Positions 29,393 through 40,069 of a stretch of DNA of 64,000 bases are shown here, piece after piece. This DNA comes from an uncultured Chitinophagales bacterium (GTDB lineage Bacteria > Bacteroidota > Bacteroidia > Chitinophagales > UBA8649). Under the pieces are notes generated by a model that was not told the DNA's origin, did no database searches, and was given only the letters and a program-made list of their open reading frames with translations. A program made the translations under genes and the position numbers. Location: NCBI GenBank assembly GCA_963932515.1, contig CAWVRT010000009.1, positions 1,208 to 65,207 of the forward strand. The letters are read 5' to 3'. The first letter of the stretch is position 1, and each line of letters opens with the position of its first letter.

Positions 29393-32149
29393 TTAATCTC
29401 TTTTTCTGCTTTTACTATTAAAAGATTTCTTTTTAGGACCGTAGTTGTTGCTAAAGCCACCAAAAGAACTTCCTTTGTCGCTGCTTCCGCTATTACTACT
29501 AGAAGAACTTCTTCTTTCGCCACCACCATCGCTGCTTCTAGAACTTCTTCTTTCACCGCCACCATCGTTACTTCTGCTTCCAGAACTTCTTCTGTCGCCT
29601 CCACCGTAGCTTCTTTCTCCGCCACCGCTTCTTCTATCTCTATCTCTTCCGCCTCCAGAAGATCTATTGTCACGGTCTCTTCCGCCACCTCTATTTCCGC
29701 CGCCGAAACCACCTCTAGAGCTTCCGCCTCTAGAACCGCCTCCACCGCCGCCTTTCGCTTTGGCTTTGGTAACAATTTCTCTTCCGTTTTTCTTAATACT
29801 CCTAAACTTGTCTAAGATTATTGTTCCAACTTCAGTAGGTACAGTAATAAATGAAAATTCATCTAAAACATAAACATCTAAAAATACATCATGATCAACA
29901 CCTGCTTTTTCAATGAAATATTCTTCAATTTTTTCATTGTTGTATCCTTCACTTTTACCGTAAGCAACGAATAATCTCATTTCGTCAGTATCGTTACCGT
30001 CTAATGTTTTAGGTTGCTTAATCGGATTAAATTTAGAAACATTTAATTGTTTTCCGTATGCATTTTTAATAACTTGAACTAATACTTCTTCCATATTATC
30101 TTCAGCCATTAACTTTGCAGCAATTTCTTGAAAATGTCTATCTCTAGCATGAACTTCTGTTGCTAAAATTTCTTCAACAATTCCGTCTTTTCTTAATTCA
30201 ACTAAAGTATCAGCGCTTGGTAATTCAGCTCTTTTAATTTTAGTTTTTGCAATACTTTCTATTGCTTGTAATTGTTTATGGTCTTGGTTAGTTACTAAAG
30301 ATATCGCAATACCTTTTTTACCAGCTCTACCAGTTCTACCAATTCTGTGAACATAAGCTTCAGAATCTTGTGGTAAACCATAATTGATAACGTGTGTTAA
30401 ATCATTTACATCAATACCCCTTGCAGCAACATCTGTCGCTACTAAAACATTACATTGTTTGTCTTTAAATCTTTTTAAGATTCTTTCTCTTTGGTTTTGT
30501 GCAATATCACCATGTAAAGCTTCTGCTTTAATACCATCTTTCAATAGTTTTCTAGTAATATCATCTGCAGTCAACTTAGTGTTAGAGAAAATAATACCAT
30601 AAAAATCTGGTTCCATTAATAAGATTCTTTCCAATACTTTGAAACGATCTTTTGGGAATACTGGGTAATATAATTGCTCTGTATTTTGTGTAGTAACTTC
30701 TTTACTTTTTACAGCAACCAATTCATAATTAGGCATATACTTATGCGCTAATTTTTTAATTTTGTTTGGCATAGTAGCAGAAAACAACAACATTTGTTTG
30801 TCTTCATTACACTCTTCCATTATCCATTCAATATCATCAATGAAACCCATGTTTAACATTTCATCTGCTTCATCTAATATAAAATATTCAACCTGACCAG
30901 TTCTTAATTTACCTCTTTTCATCAAATCGATAACTCTACCTGGTGTTCCTACTACAATATCAGCTCCTTTTCCTAAGTCTCTAATTTGTTGCATAATTGG
31001 TTGGCCACCATAAACTGTAACAATATTAAATCTCTTCTTACCTTTAAAAGAGTTTATTTCATTAGCTACTTGAATAGCTAACTCTCTTGTTGGCGTTAAA
31101 ATTAATGCTTGTGTTTGGTTGAAACCTTCTTCTAAGTTTTGTAAAATTGGTAAACCGAAAGCTGCTGTTTTACCGGTACCAGTTTGTGCTTGACCAATTA
31201 CATCTACGCCTCCTTCTAAAAGTAAAGGAATAACTTGTTCTTGAATTGGAGATGGTGTTACATAGCCTTTTTGAGCCAAGGCGTCTAACAATACTCTATC
31301 TAATCCTAAATCAGCAAAAGTAACTTTCGATTTTCCATCTTTCTCAGAATCTTTATCTTCTTCAACTTTTTCAGTTTTTTGTTTTTTAGTTTTTTCTTTA
31401 ACAGGAGCATCAGATTCTGAATTTATTAATTTGATTGCCTCATCAATAATATCATCATTTTTAGCATTCTTTGCTTCCTTCTTAGCTTTCTTCTTAGCTT
31501 TCTTTGCTTTCTTCTTAGCTTTCTTTTCGTCAGCAGAAAGTTCAGATTTAGCTTTCTTTACCTTTTCTGGTTTAGAAGGTTCTTCAGCAACTATATCAGC
31601 TTCACCCGTTTCAGTTTTCACCGCTTTAGCTTTAGCAACTTTCTTTACCGCTTTTGGCTTTGCAGGAGCTTTAGTTGCAACAGCAGGTTTTACTTTCTTA
31701 GCTTTCTTTACCTTTTCTGGTTTAGAAGGTTCTTCAGCAACTATATCAGCTTCACCCGTTTCAGTTTTCACCGCTTTAGCTTTAGCAACTTTCTTTACCG
31801 CTTTTGGCTTTGCAGGAGCTTTAGTTGCAACAGCAGGTTTTACTTTCTTGGTAGTTGTCGCTTTCTTAACCGTTTTTGGTTTAGCAGTAGTAACTGTTTC
31901 AGATTTTACTACCTTAGCTTTAGCAACTTTCTTAACTGTTTTTGGCTTAGCAGGTGCTTTAGTAGCAACAGCAGGTTTTGCTTTTTTTGTAGTTGTTGTT
32001 TTCTTAACTGTAGTTTTAGCTTTATCTGAGTTTGAAGCAACTACTTTTGACTTTTTAGACTTTACGGCTTTTATTGCCATATCATCATTATTCGCCTTTT
32101 CAGCGAATTTTTTTGCATTATCCATTATGTACGTTTTTGCGCCAATCAT
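29393..32149 (-). CDS. DEAD-box RNA helicase (DeaD/CsdA-like) with DbpA-type domain, long Lys/Ala-rich N-terminal arm and RG/S-rich tail
   Basis: Q motif (F..LGL, PSPIQ), AQTGTGKT, PTRELA, LDEADEM, SAT, ARGID, YVHRIGRTGRAG. Start may be at 32125 (MDNAKK). Confidence 0.93.
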   Translation of the reverse strand: MIGAKTYIMDNAKKFAEKANNDDMAIKAVKSKKSKVVASNSDKAKTTVKKTTTTKKAKPAVATKAPAKPKTVKKVAKAKVVKSETVTTAKPKTVKKATTTKKVKPAVATKAPAKPKAVKKVAKAKAVKTETGEADIVAEEPSKPEKVKKAKKVKPAVATKAPAKPKAVKKVAKAKAVKTETGEADIVAEEPSKPEKVKKAKSELSADEKKAKKKAKKAKKKAKKEAKNAKNDDIIDEAIKLINSESDAPVKEKTKKQKTEKVEEDKDSEKDGKSKVTFADLGLDRVLLDALAQKGYVTPSPIQEQVIPLLLEGGVDVIGQAQTGTGKTAAFGLPILQNLEEGFNQTQALILTPTRELAIQVANEINSFKGKKRFNIVTVYGGQPIMQQIRDLGKGADIVVGTPGRVIDLMKRGKLRTGQVEYFILDEADEMLNMGFIDDIEWIMEECNEDKQMLLFSATMPNKIKKLAHKYMPNYELVAVKSKEVTTQNTEQLYYPVFPKDRFKVLERILLMEPDFYGIIFSNTKLTADDITRKLLKDGIKAEALHGDIAQNQRERILKRFKDKQCNVLVATDVAARGIDVNDLTHVINYGLPQDSEAYVHRIGRTGRAGKKGIAISLVTNQDHKQLQAIESIAKTKIKRAELPSADTLVELRKDGIVEEILATEVHARDRHFQEIAAKLMAEDNMEEVLVQVIKNAYGKQLNVSKFNPIKQPKTLDGNDTDEMRLFVAYGKSEGYNNEKIEEYFIEKAGVDHDVFLDVYVLDEFSFITVPTEVGTIILDKFRSIKKNGREIVTKAKAKGGGGGGSRGGSSRGGFGGGNRGGGRDRDNRSSGGGRDRDRRSGGGERSYGGGDRRSSGSRSNDGGGERRSSRSSDGGGERRSSSSSNSGSSDKGSSFGGFSNNYGPKKKSFNSKSRKRD
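31548..31849. repeat. Perfect 150-bp in-frame tandem duplication inside the helicase N-terminal arm
   Basis: 31548-31699 is identical to 31698-31849. A diverged partial third copy lies near 31910-31980. Confidence 0.95.
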
Positions 32150-32445
32150 TTTTACCTTTATATTTTCTCACAATGTTCAGGCTGCAAAAACGACTAGCAG
32201 ATTTAATAAAGTGCGAAGGTACGGTTTTTATTTTTAATGGAATAATTGTTGAGAAGTTATCCCATAAGTCACATTCTTTATGGTTAAAAAATATACCTTT
32301 ATTTAACACAGATATAAATCATTGAAACGAATTGATATCTTTAACCCGTTAATAATTTCCAATTTACAGAGATACACTATAATTCTCTTTACTGGAATCA
32401 GTATACTTCTTGTAAGAATTAATTACCTTTGTAAAAAATAAGTAA

Positions 32446-33399
32446 ATGAGTTTTTTTAATAAATTTTTCAACAAAGAGAAAAAAGAAGATTTAGATAAAG
32501 GAATGGAAAAAACGAAAGATGGTTTTTTCTCGAAAATATCTAAAGTTGTTGCCGGTAAATCTACCGTTGATGAAAATGATTTAGACGATATTGAAGATGC
32601 CTTAATTTCTTCCGATGTTGGTTTAGAAACCACTATAAAAATCATCACTAATTTAGAAGCAAGAGTTGCTAAAGATAAATACATCAATTCGGCTGACTTA
32701 CACACTATACTAAAAGATGAAATTTCAACGCTTTTAGCAGCAAATAATACAGAAGATTTAGAAAGTTTTATTCCAAAAATGACTTCTAAACCTTACGTTT
32801 TGATGGTAGTTGGTGTAAATGGGGTTGGTAAAACAACTACTATTGGAAAATTAGCTTACCAAATGAACAAAGCAGGACTAAAAGTGGTTTTGGGTGCCTC
32901 TGATACTTTTAGAGCTGCGGCAGTCAACCAATTAAAAATTTGGGGAGAAAGAGCCAATGTGCCTGTTATAGAAAAAGGGCAAAATGCAGATCCTGCTTCA
33001 GTTGCTTTTGACACCTTAAAATCTGCGGTAGCACAAGATGCTGATGTCGTTATCATTGATACCGCAGGAAGACTACACAACAAAATCAACTTAATGAATG
33101 AGTTGACAAAAATCAAGAACGTGATGAAAAAAGTAGTACCAACTGCTCCGGATGATGTTATGTTGGTTTTAGATGCTTCTACAGGTCAAAACGCTATAAA
33201 CCAAGCCAAGGCTTTTACTAAAGCTACGGAAGTTTCTTGTTTGGCATTAACAAAGCTAGATGGCACAGCAAAAGGTGGTGTAGCTATTGGTATTACAGAT
33301 CAATTCAAAATTCCTATAAAATACATTGGTGTTGGCGAAGGAAAAGAACAACTACAGCTATTTAATAGAAAAGCATTTGTTGATTCTATGTTTGGCTAA
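32446..33399 (+). CDS. ftsY: Signal recognition particle receptor FtsY
   Basis: GVNGVGKTTTIGKLA, DTFRAAA, DTAGRLH, TKLDGTAKGG. Confidence 0.98.
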   Translation: MSFFNKFFNKEKKEDLDKGMEKTKDGFFSKISKVVAGKSTVDENDLDDIEDALISSDVGLETTIKIITNLEARVAKDKYINSADLHTILKDEISTLLAANNTEDLESFIPKMTSKPYVLMVVGVNGVGKTTTIGKLAYQMNKAGLKVVLGASDTFRAAAVNQLKIWGERANVPVIEKGQNADPASVAFDTLKSAVAQDADVVIIDTAGRLHNKINLMNELTKIKNVMKKVVPTAPDDVMLVLDASTGQNAINQAKAFTKATEVSCLALTKLDGTAKGGVAIGITDQFKIPIKYIGVGEGKEQLQLFNRKAFVDSMFG

Positions 33400-33460
33400 T
33401 CAATTTTGGGCTACCGATTTGTTTGACTGGCTTATGTTATCTTTCGATTAAAATAAATTT

Positions 33461-34447
33461 ATGAAAAATTTTCTTTTATCACTTAGTATTTTATTATTGT
33501 TTTCTTGCGAACCTAGTTTACATGAAAATGTAGTGAAAGTTTCTACAATGGGAACAACTGGTACTATAAAATACATTAGTAAAATTCCAGTAGCTTATCA
33601 AACTGAAATTGATAGTTTATTCATTGCCGTGAATATGAGTTTGAGTACTTATATTGATTCTTCTACTATTTCTAGGTTTAATAAAAAAGAGATTAGCTTG
33701 ATTGAAGCAGCAGAATCTGATGTTTTTTTTAAAGGCAACTTAATTGCAGCAATGAAAGTAGCCGAAGAGACTCAATATTTATTTAATCCAGCAATAATGC
33801 CTTTGGTAAATTATTGGAAAGTTCAAAACAAACAAAAAGAATCTTTTCAATTAACGATAGATTCTCTATTTATAGATTCAATAGTTCAATTTATTAACAC
33901 GCCTAAAACAACTAACAAACAATTAGATTTTTCTGCTTTGGCCAAAGGATACGGAGTAGATATAATTGCCCTATTTTTAGAAGAAAAAGGTATTGAAAAC
34001 TACATGGTAGAAATTGGTGGGGAAGTTCATTGTAAAGGAGTTAATTCTAAAAATACAAATTGGAAAATCGGTATTGAAGAACCCAACGAAAAAGAACGAA
34101 ATTTATACCAAGTAGTAAATGTTAAAGATAAATCTATGGCGACTTCGGGTAACTATAGAAATTTTAAAGTTTTAGATTCTGGACAAAAAATTGTACATAT
34201 TATTAATCCTAAAACTGGCTATCCAGAAATATCAAATTTATTAAGTGCTAGCATTGTTACAGACAACTGTATGGAAGCAGATGCGTATGCTACAGCTTGT
34301 ATGGTTATGGGAACAGAAAAATGTTTTGATTTTATCTTGACGCAAGAAAAATTGGAATGCTATTTAATTTATTCAGATGAAAACGGTCAATTACAAACGA
34401 AAATATCTGAAGGGTTTAAACCTTATTTAGTTCATCATGAAAAATAA
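33461..34447 (+). CDS. apbE: FAD:protein FMN transferase (lipoprotein)
   Basis: TMGT, DFSALAKGYGVD, VEIGGE, ATSGNYRN, HIINPKTG, ADAYATA. Confidence 0.93.
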   Translation: MKNFLLSLSILLLFSCEPSLHENVVKVSTMGTTGTIKYISKIPVAYQTEIDSLFIAVNMSLSTYIDSSTISRFNKKEISLIEAAESDVFFKGNLIAAMKVAEETQYLFNPAIMPLVNYWKVQNKQKESFQLTIDSLFIDSIVQFINTPKTTNKQLDFSALAKGYGVDIIALFLEEKGIENYMVEIGGEVHCKGVNSKNTNWKIGIEEPNEKERNLYQVVNVKDKSMATSGNYRNFKVLDSGQKIVHIINPKTGYPEISNLLSASIVTDNCMEADAYATACMVMGTEKCFDFILTQEKLECYLIYSDENGQLQTKISEGFKPYLVHHEK

Positions 34448-36092
34448 AACCTTAGAAATACTGAAAGATTTTAAATCTATATTTTGCAATTCTTTTCTTT
34501 GGAATATAGGATTTCCTTTTTTGATTGGTTTAATGGTAAACTACACTTTATCCGATGCAAGACAGCTTATTATTTATTTAATTTGGATTCCAATATTTTC
34601 AATTCCATATTTTATTTTTAGCAAACGTTTTTTACTTTTTCTTCCTTGGTTTGTAACTTTAATGTTTGGACTATTAGACATTTTTCATTGGGTTTCCATT
34701 AAAGCTCCGGTTTCAAAATATTCTTTGTTTGTTTTGTTTGAAACTACTATTCATGAAGCAAAAGGATTTATAAATTTAAAATGGTCTTATCTATATTTAT
34801 TGATTCCTATTTATTTATTCTTGAGTTTTTATTTGTTTTATAAAGACCTGAAAAAGAAATATCTAGCCAACAAAACACCTATAATACTTCTACTGTTAGT
34901 GAGTATTGTTTTTTTAGGAGAAAATTTATATCATAACAGATTTATCAGAAAAGCTACACCGACAGTATTTAGCGTAATGAAAAGTTTTAATGCTGAGATA
35001 AAAGAGTATATCAGAATTGCCGGCAATATGGAATCTTATCTTGGGGAAATAAATGCTAAATCACTTGCCTTAGATAACGAACAAGTTACAGTAATTGTGA
35101 TTGGCGAATCTACTACTAGAAATAAAATGTCTTTGTACGGTTATGGAAAGGAAACAAATCCTTTATTGAAAAAACGAGAAGATATTGCGGTTTTCACAGA
35201 TGTAATTAGTCCTTTTACACATACACAAGCAGCTGTAAGAACGTGTTTAACTTATTCGAATATTGAAAACAAAATAGAATACACCAAAGCGCAAAGCATA
35301 ATAGATATAGCTAGAGCTTCAGATTATGAGACTTATTGGATTTCTAATCAAGCAGCTATTGGCGTTTGGGATAATTTAGTTGCTTTATTGGCTAAAACTT
35401 CTCAGAATATATCATTTGTAAACGATATTGTAAATTCAAGAGCACTTATAGAAACTGCCAACTATGACGAAAATGTTTTTAGTCCTTTTGCAAAAATTTT
35501 AAAAGAAAAGAACGATAAAAAATTTATTATCATTCATTTATTGGGTACGCACACAACCTATGCTAAAAGGTATCCAGAAGCTTTTAATGTTTTTAAGACT
35601 GAAGGAGATTATTATGAAAAAATAAAAGTACATTATAACAATGCCGTTTTGTACAATGACTTTGTAGTAAATAGTATTATAGATACATTGGCAAAATATT
35701 CAAAACTCAATAACAGCATCTCTAATTTAGTTTACTTCTCAGATCATGGCGAAAATGTTTATGATGATGAAAGAAAATTGATTGGGCATGATTGGTGGGG
35801 CTTACCTACAAATCATTTATTAGAAATTCCTTTTATCGCATGGACTTCTCCAAACTATAAAAAACAATTCCCCAAAACAGATTCTTTAATCTATAGTAAT
35901 ACGCATAAATCCTTTTGTACAGATAATCTATTTCATTCAGCTATAGAATTAATGCAAATTAAATCTGATCTTTTTATAGATAGTTTAAGTATATTTAATG
36001 AAATTTATACTGAAAAAGAACGTTTTATAGTAAAAGGTCTTAGCTACGAAAATGAAGTGTTAAAAGGAAAACTTCAAGACAATAAAGAATAA
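34437..36092 (+). CDS. Phosphoethanolamine transferase (EptA/CptA family sulfatase fold)
   Basis: N-terminal TM segments, VIGESTTR, HLLGTH, YFSDHGE. Confidence 0.88.
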   Translation: MKNKTLEILKDFKSIFCNSFLWNIGFPFLIGLMVNYTLSDARQLIIYLIWIPIFSIPYFIFSKRFLLFLPWFVTLMFGLLDIFHWVSIKAPVSKYSLFVLFETTIHEAKGFINLKWSYLYLLIPIYLFLSFYLFYKDLKKKYLANKTPIILLLLVSIVFLGENLYHNRFIRKATPTVFSVMKSFNAEIKEYIRIAGNMESYLGEINAKSLALDNEQVTVIVIGESTTRNKMSLYGYGKETNPLLKKREDIAVFTDVISPFTHTQAAVRTCLTYSNIENKIEYTKAQSIIDIARASDYETYWISNQAAIGVWDNLVALLAKTSQNISFVNDIVNSRALIETANYDENVFSPFAKILKEKNDKKFIIIHLLGTHTTYAKRYPEAFNVFKTEGDYYEKIKVHYNNAVLYNDFVVNSIIDTLAKYSKLNNSISNLVYFSDHGENVYDDERKLIGHDWWGLPTNHLLEIPFIAWTSPNYKKQFPKTDSLIYSNTHKSFCTDNLFHSAIELMQIKSDLFIDSLSIFNEIYTEKERFIVKGLSYENEVLKGKLQDNKE

Positions 36093-36106
36093 CAAAAATA
36101 AAATTT

Positions 36107-36499
36107 ATGAAAAACCTACTCATTCTGTTAAGTTTAATATTCGTAAATGCTTGTACTCCTGTAGATACAGATCATTGTGGAAACTCAGCTTGTACAGAAG
36201 AATTTATAAGTATTTCTATTACAATTACCAATCAAGAAAATGAAGCTTATGTTTTAGATTCATTTAGAACAATTGTTAAAAGAACACAAGAAACTTTTAC
36301 CAATGAAGATAGTTTAAGTGACGATGGTACCTATAGTATCTTAAATGATTCTCAGAAAGATAAAACATCTTTTGAAGGAGAAATTTTTATTTTCAAAGGT
36401 ATGAAAAATGGTGAGATCGTAGTATCTGAAGAATTTGTTATTAAAAAAGATTGTTGCCACATATCTTATGTTAGCGGCAATCAGAATTTTACAATCTAA
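36107..36499 (+). CDS. Hypothetical Cys-containing lipoprotein
   Basis: Lipobox VNAC; ACTEEF and DCCHI motifs. Confidence 0.7.
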   Translation: MKNLLILLSLIFVNACTPVDTDHCGNSACTEEFISISITITNQENEAYVLDSFRTIVKRTQETFTNEDSLSDDGTYSILNDSQKDKTSFEGEIFIFKGMKNGEIVVSEEFVIKKDCCHISYVSGNQNFTI

Positions 36500-36500
36500 T

Positions 36501-37121
36501 CTACCTCATTTTAAACACTTCTTTAATCGAAGGATAGGAATTCTTCAATAATTGCTTTATTTGTTTTCTAGAAACCCATTCAGCTTTTTTAATACCTTCT
36601 GTTTCTTGTGGCACCAATTCCCCTTCAAAACTTGAACGCATAGCATACCAATGAGATTCTTTTAAAACCCATTTGTCTTTCAATTGATAAGTATGGTAAG
36701 TTTTTCCTAATTTGTAATCTAAAGAAATATTTTCTATACCTGTCTCCTCTTCTACTTCTCGAATAGCACCAGACTTCACATCTTCTCCTTTCTCAATTTT
36801 TCCTTTAGGTAAATCCCATTTTCCTTTTCTGAAAATCATAAGATATTCACCTTCTTTGTTTTTCACCAAACCACCACCGGCAATTATTATTTTAAAAAAA
36901 CTAAAAAATGTTTCTTGTAACCAGTCTAAATCATCTGCTACTAAAATTAAATTTGTTTTAATAGAACCAATTTCTACCGCTGTAATAATTTTTTCAACTT
37001 CCGATTTTTTCGAACAAAAATAGATGACAGAATCATTATTTCTACCAATGTTGAAAGTATGTTTATGTTGTACTAGTAAAACAACGATATTGTTTAGGTA
37101 AATTGTATAATTTTGCAGCAT
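36501..37121 (-). CDS. NUDIX hydrolase
   Basis: Nudix box GKIEKGEDVKSGAIREVEEETG, preceded by WDLPKG. Start placed at CAT 37119-37121 (MLQNYTIYLN); the ORF-track extension runs antisense into pyrE. Confidence 0.88.
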   Translation of the reverse strand: MLQNYTIYLNNIVVLLVQHKHTFNIGRNNDSVIYFCSKKSEVEKIITAVEIGSIKTNLILVADDLDWLQETFFSFFKIIIAGGGLVKNKEGEYLMIFRKGKWDLPKGKIEKGEDVKSGAIREVEEETGIENISLDYKLGKTYHTYQLKDKWVLKESHWYAMRSSFEGELVPQETEGIKKAEWVSRKQIKQLLKNSYPSIKEVFKMR

Positions 37122-37743
37122 GATATATAAAAATAATATTGCTAGCAAAGTTGCAGAATATTTATTAGAAATACAAGCAATTAAGCTAAGTCCTAATAAT
37201 TTATTTACTTGGGCCTCAGGTAAAGAATCTCCCATTTATTGTGACAACCGTTTAACATTGAGTTATCCAAAGGTTAGAAACTTAATAAAAGAGAGTTTTA
37301 AAACTTTAGTACAAGAGAAGTTTCCTGAAGCAGATTTAGTAGTAGGTGTCGCTACTGCAGGAATTGCACATGGTGCGTTATTGGCAGACGCTTTAGATCT
37401 ACCATTTGCATACATCCGCTCTAAAGCCAAAGGACACGGTATGCAAAACTTAATAGAAGGAGAAATAAAATCTGGTGCACAAGTAATTGTTGTAGAAGAT
37501 TTAATTTCTACTGGTGGCAGTAGTTTAAAAGGAGTTGATGCTGTAAGAGAGGCTGGCGCAGAAGTTTTAACTATGTTAGCTATTTTTACTTATGGTTTTG
37601 ACCATGCAGTACAAAATTTTGCTGATAAAGATTGTAGTTTTTATACCCTTTCAGATTTTGATCATTTATTGAAGTTTGCTGTAGAAAATGAATTGTTTGC
37701 GCAGAAAGAATTGGACTTTATGAATGATTGGAAGAATAATTAG
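37120..37743 (+). CDS. pyrE: Orotate phosphoribosyltransferase
   Basis: FTWASG..SPIYCDNR, GVATAGI, VVEDLISTGGS. Confidence 0.97.
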   Translation: MIYKNNIASKVAEYLLEIQAIKLSPNNLFTWASGKESPIYCDNRLTLSYPKVRNLIKESFKTLVQEKFPEADLVVGVATAGIAHGALLADALDLPFAYIRSKAKGHGMQNLIEGEIKSGAQVIVVEDLISTGGSSLKGVDAVREAGAEVLTMLAIFTYGFDHAVQNFADKDCSFYTLSDFDHLLKFAVENELFAQKELDFMNDWKNN

Positions 37744-37827
37744 CGTCTAGCTACTAGCCTTACTCCAATACTTTCTACTCAAAAAACTAAGTAGAAAACC
37801 TTTATCTTTGCAAACCAAATTTCAAAA

Positions 37828-39435
37828 ATGAGTTTAGAACAAGAAATACAGAAAAGAAAGACTTTTGCCGTTATTGCCCATCCAGATTCTGGAAAGACAA
37901 CCTTAACGGAGAAATTATTGCTTTTTGGTGGTGCCATACAAACAGCTGGAGCTGTAAAGTCTAATAAAATCAAGAAAAGTACTACTTCAGATTTTATGGA
38001 AATAGAAAAACAGAGAGGTATTTCTGTAGCTACTTCGGTTATGGCTTTTGAATATAAAAATAAATTAATTAACATTTTAGATACGCCAGGTCACAAAGAT
38101 TTCTCGGAAGATACTTATAGAACTTTGACTGCTGTAGATAGTGTTATTTTGGTAATAGATTGCGTAAAAGGTGTAGAGTCTCAAACAGAAAAATTAATGG
38201 AAGTTTGTAGAATGAGAGATACGCCGGTAATTGTTTTCATCAACAAAATGGATAGAGAGGGACAAGATCCTTATGATTTATTGGATGAATTGGAAGCAAA
38301 ATTAGATATTAAAGTCAATCCAATGACATGGCCTATCGGAATGGGCTCAACTTTTAAAGGTGTTTACAATTTCCCTCAAAAAGAATTAAATTTATTTCAA
38401 AGTGGTCAAACGCAAGTTAATGCGCTATCTATTAAGAATTTAGAAGACGATATCTTAGAAGAAGAAATTGGAACTGCTTATGCAGAGCAATTGAGAGAAG
38501 ATGTTGAGTTAATTGATGGCGTTTATTCAGATTTTGATAAAAAAGATTATTTAAGCGGAAAAATTGCACCCGTGTTTTTTGGTAGTGCTGTAAATAATTT
38601 TGGCGTAAAAGAAATGTTAGATACATTTATTGATTTGGCTCCTAGCCCATTGGCTAGAGAAACAAATTTACGAATTGTAGAACCTGAAGAGAATAAATTT
38701 TCTGGTTTTGTTTTTAAAATACATGCAAATCTAGACCCTAACCATAGAGATAGAATTGCCTTTTTAAGAATTTGCTCTGGTGAGTTTAAAAGAAATACTT
38801 TTTATTATCATACAAGAAATGAAAAGAAAGTTCGTTTCAACAACCCGACAAGTTTTATGGCTTCTAAGAAGTCTGTCATTGAAACTGCTTATCCTGGAGA
38901 TGTTATTGGTTTGTATGATTCTGGAACGTTTAAAATTGGTGATACCGTTACGGAAGGTGAAAAATTATTTTATAAAGGAATCCCAAGTTTCTCTCCAGAA
39001 ATGTTTAGAGAAGTTATTAATATGGATCCTATGAAATCTAAGCAATTAGAAAAAGGAATTACGCAATTGAGCGATGAGGGAGTTGCCCAGTTATTTAGAC
39101 ATGATTTAGGCAATAGAAAAATTGTTGGTACAGTTGGTCAGTTACAGTTTGAGGTAATACAATACAGATTGGAACACGAGTATGGTGCAAAAGCAGATTT
39201 TAGACCATTGAATTTCTACAAAGCTTGTTGGATTCAGTCTGACAATGAAGAAATAATGTCTGAATTCAAGAAAAGAAAACACAATAACATTTTACAAGAT
39301 AAAGATGGAAATGATGTATTCTTAGCTGAATCTGCTTTTATTTTAAAAGTCTGTAAAGAAGATTTTATAGATATTAATTTCTACACAACATCTGACTTTA
39401 AAGTGGATGCCATGGGAGAAGAAAAGTATTACTAA
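37828..39435 (+). CDS. prfC: Peptide chain release factor 3
   Basis: [38 protein letters not shown]. Confidence 0.98.
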   Translation: MSLEQEIQKRKTFAVIAHPDSGKTTLTEKLLLFGGAIQTAGAVKSNKIKKSTTSDFMEIEKQRGISVATSVMAFEYKNKLINILDTPGHKDFSEDTYRTLTAVDSVILVIDCVKGVESQTEKLMEVCRMRDTPVIVFINKMDREGQDPYDLLDELEAKLDIKVNPMTWPIGMGSTFKGVYNFPQKELNLFQSGQTQVNALSIKNLEDDILEEEIGTAYAEQLREDVELIDGVYSDFDKKDYLSGKIAPVFFGSAVNNFGVKEMLDTFIDLAPSPLARETNLRIVEPEENKFSGFVFKIHANLDPNHRDRIAFLRICSGEFKRNTFYYHTRNEKKVRFNNPTSFMASKKSVIETAYPGDVIGLYDSGTFKIGDTVTEGEKLFYKGIPSFSPEMFREVINMDPMKSKQLEKGITQLSDEGVAQLFRHDLGNRKIVGTVGQLQFEVIQYRLEHEYGAKADFRPLNFYKACWIQSDNEEIMSEFKKRKHNNILQDKDGNDVFLAESAFILKVCKEDFIDINFYTTSDFKVDAMGEEKYY

Positions 39436-39562
39436 CAGTTTTCAGTTATTGAGTTTTTCGGTTTTTAATTATTAGTTCTTCAGCTGCATATTTTTTAGTT
39501 TTTTAAAAAGTTCTAAAATATGAATCCAATTATCCGTAAATTTGTATTCTAAATTAGTAATT

Positions 39563-40069
39563 ATGGTTTCAAAGAAAATTAAAAAGGCGTTAAACGATCA
39601 AATTAAATTAGAATCTGAATCTTCCCAATTATATTTGGCGATGGCTTGTTGGGCTGAGGTAAATGGTTTTGAAGGAGTTTCTGAATTCATGTACGACCAA
39701 TCTGATGAAGAAAGGCAACACATGTTGAAAATTATTAAGTATTTAAACAATAGAGGAGGGAATACGATTGTCTCTGAATTAAATGCGCCTAAGCATAAAT
39801 TTGAATCTATTAGAGATTTATTTGAAAATTTATTACAGCATGAAATTTTTATTTCTGAACAAATAAATAAATTAGTCCATATTACTTTTGAAGAAAAGGA
39901 TTTTGCTACACATAGCTTTTTACAATGGTACGTAACGGAACAAATTGAAGAAGAAGCTACCGCTAGAAATATTATTGATAAAATGAACTTGATTGGTGAC
40001 AATGTAAGTGGTTTATACTTATTTGATAATGAAATCAAGAAATTGAGAAGTGATACTAAGAATATTTAA
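39563..40069 (+). CDS. ftnA: Non-heme ferritin
   Basis: LN.QI..E..SS.LYLAM, QSDEERQHM, FLQWYV.EQIEEE. Start moved to ATG 39563. Confidence 0.93.
   Translation: MVSKKIKKALNDQIKLESESSQLYLAMACWAEVNGFEGVSEFMYDQSDEERQHMLKIIKYLNNRGGNTIVSELNAPKHKFESIRDLFENLLQHEIFISEQINKLVHITFEEKDFATHSFLQWYVTEQIEEEATARNIIDKMNLIGDNVSGLYLFDNEIKKLRSDTKNI

Noticed and set aside
29383-29873. Glu/Ala/Val-rich ORF (-) and Pro-rich ORF (+) over the helicase tail
   Set aside because: Alternative-frame and antisense products of the low-complexity Gly/Arg/Ser tail; no independent evidence.
31431-32237. 268-aa hydrophobic ORF on + that looks like a membrane protein
   Set aside because: It is the antisense shadow of the Lys/Ala-rich helicase arm: AAA and GCT codons read as Phe, Leu and Ala on the other strand. 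It mirrors the same 150-bp repeat.
37122-37235. N-terminal 38 aa of the NUDIX ORF as given in the track
   Set aside because: Runs antisense through conserved pyrE sequence; Met39 is the more plausible start.
39598-40038. 146-aa antisense ORF over ferritin, and similar antisense ORFs over nfeD, ftsY, nqrA, nqrD, mutS and the thioredoxin
   Set aside because: Fully nested opposite well-supported genes, with no recognisable motifs.
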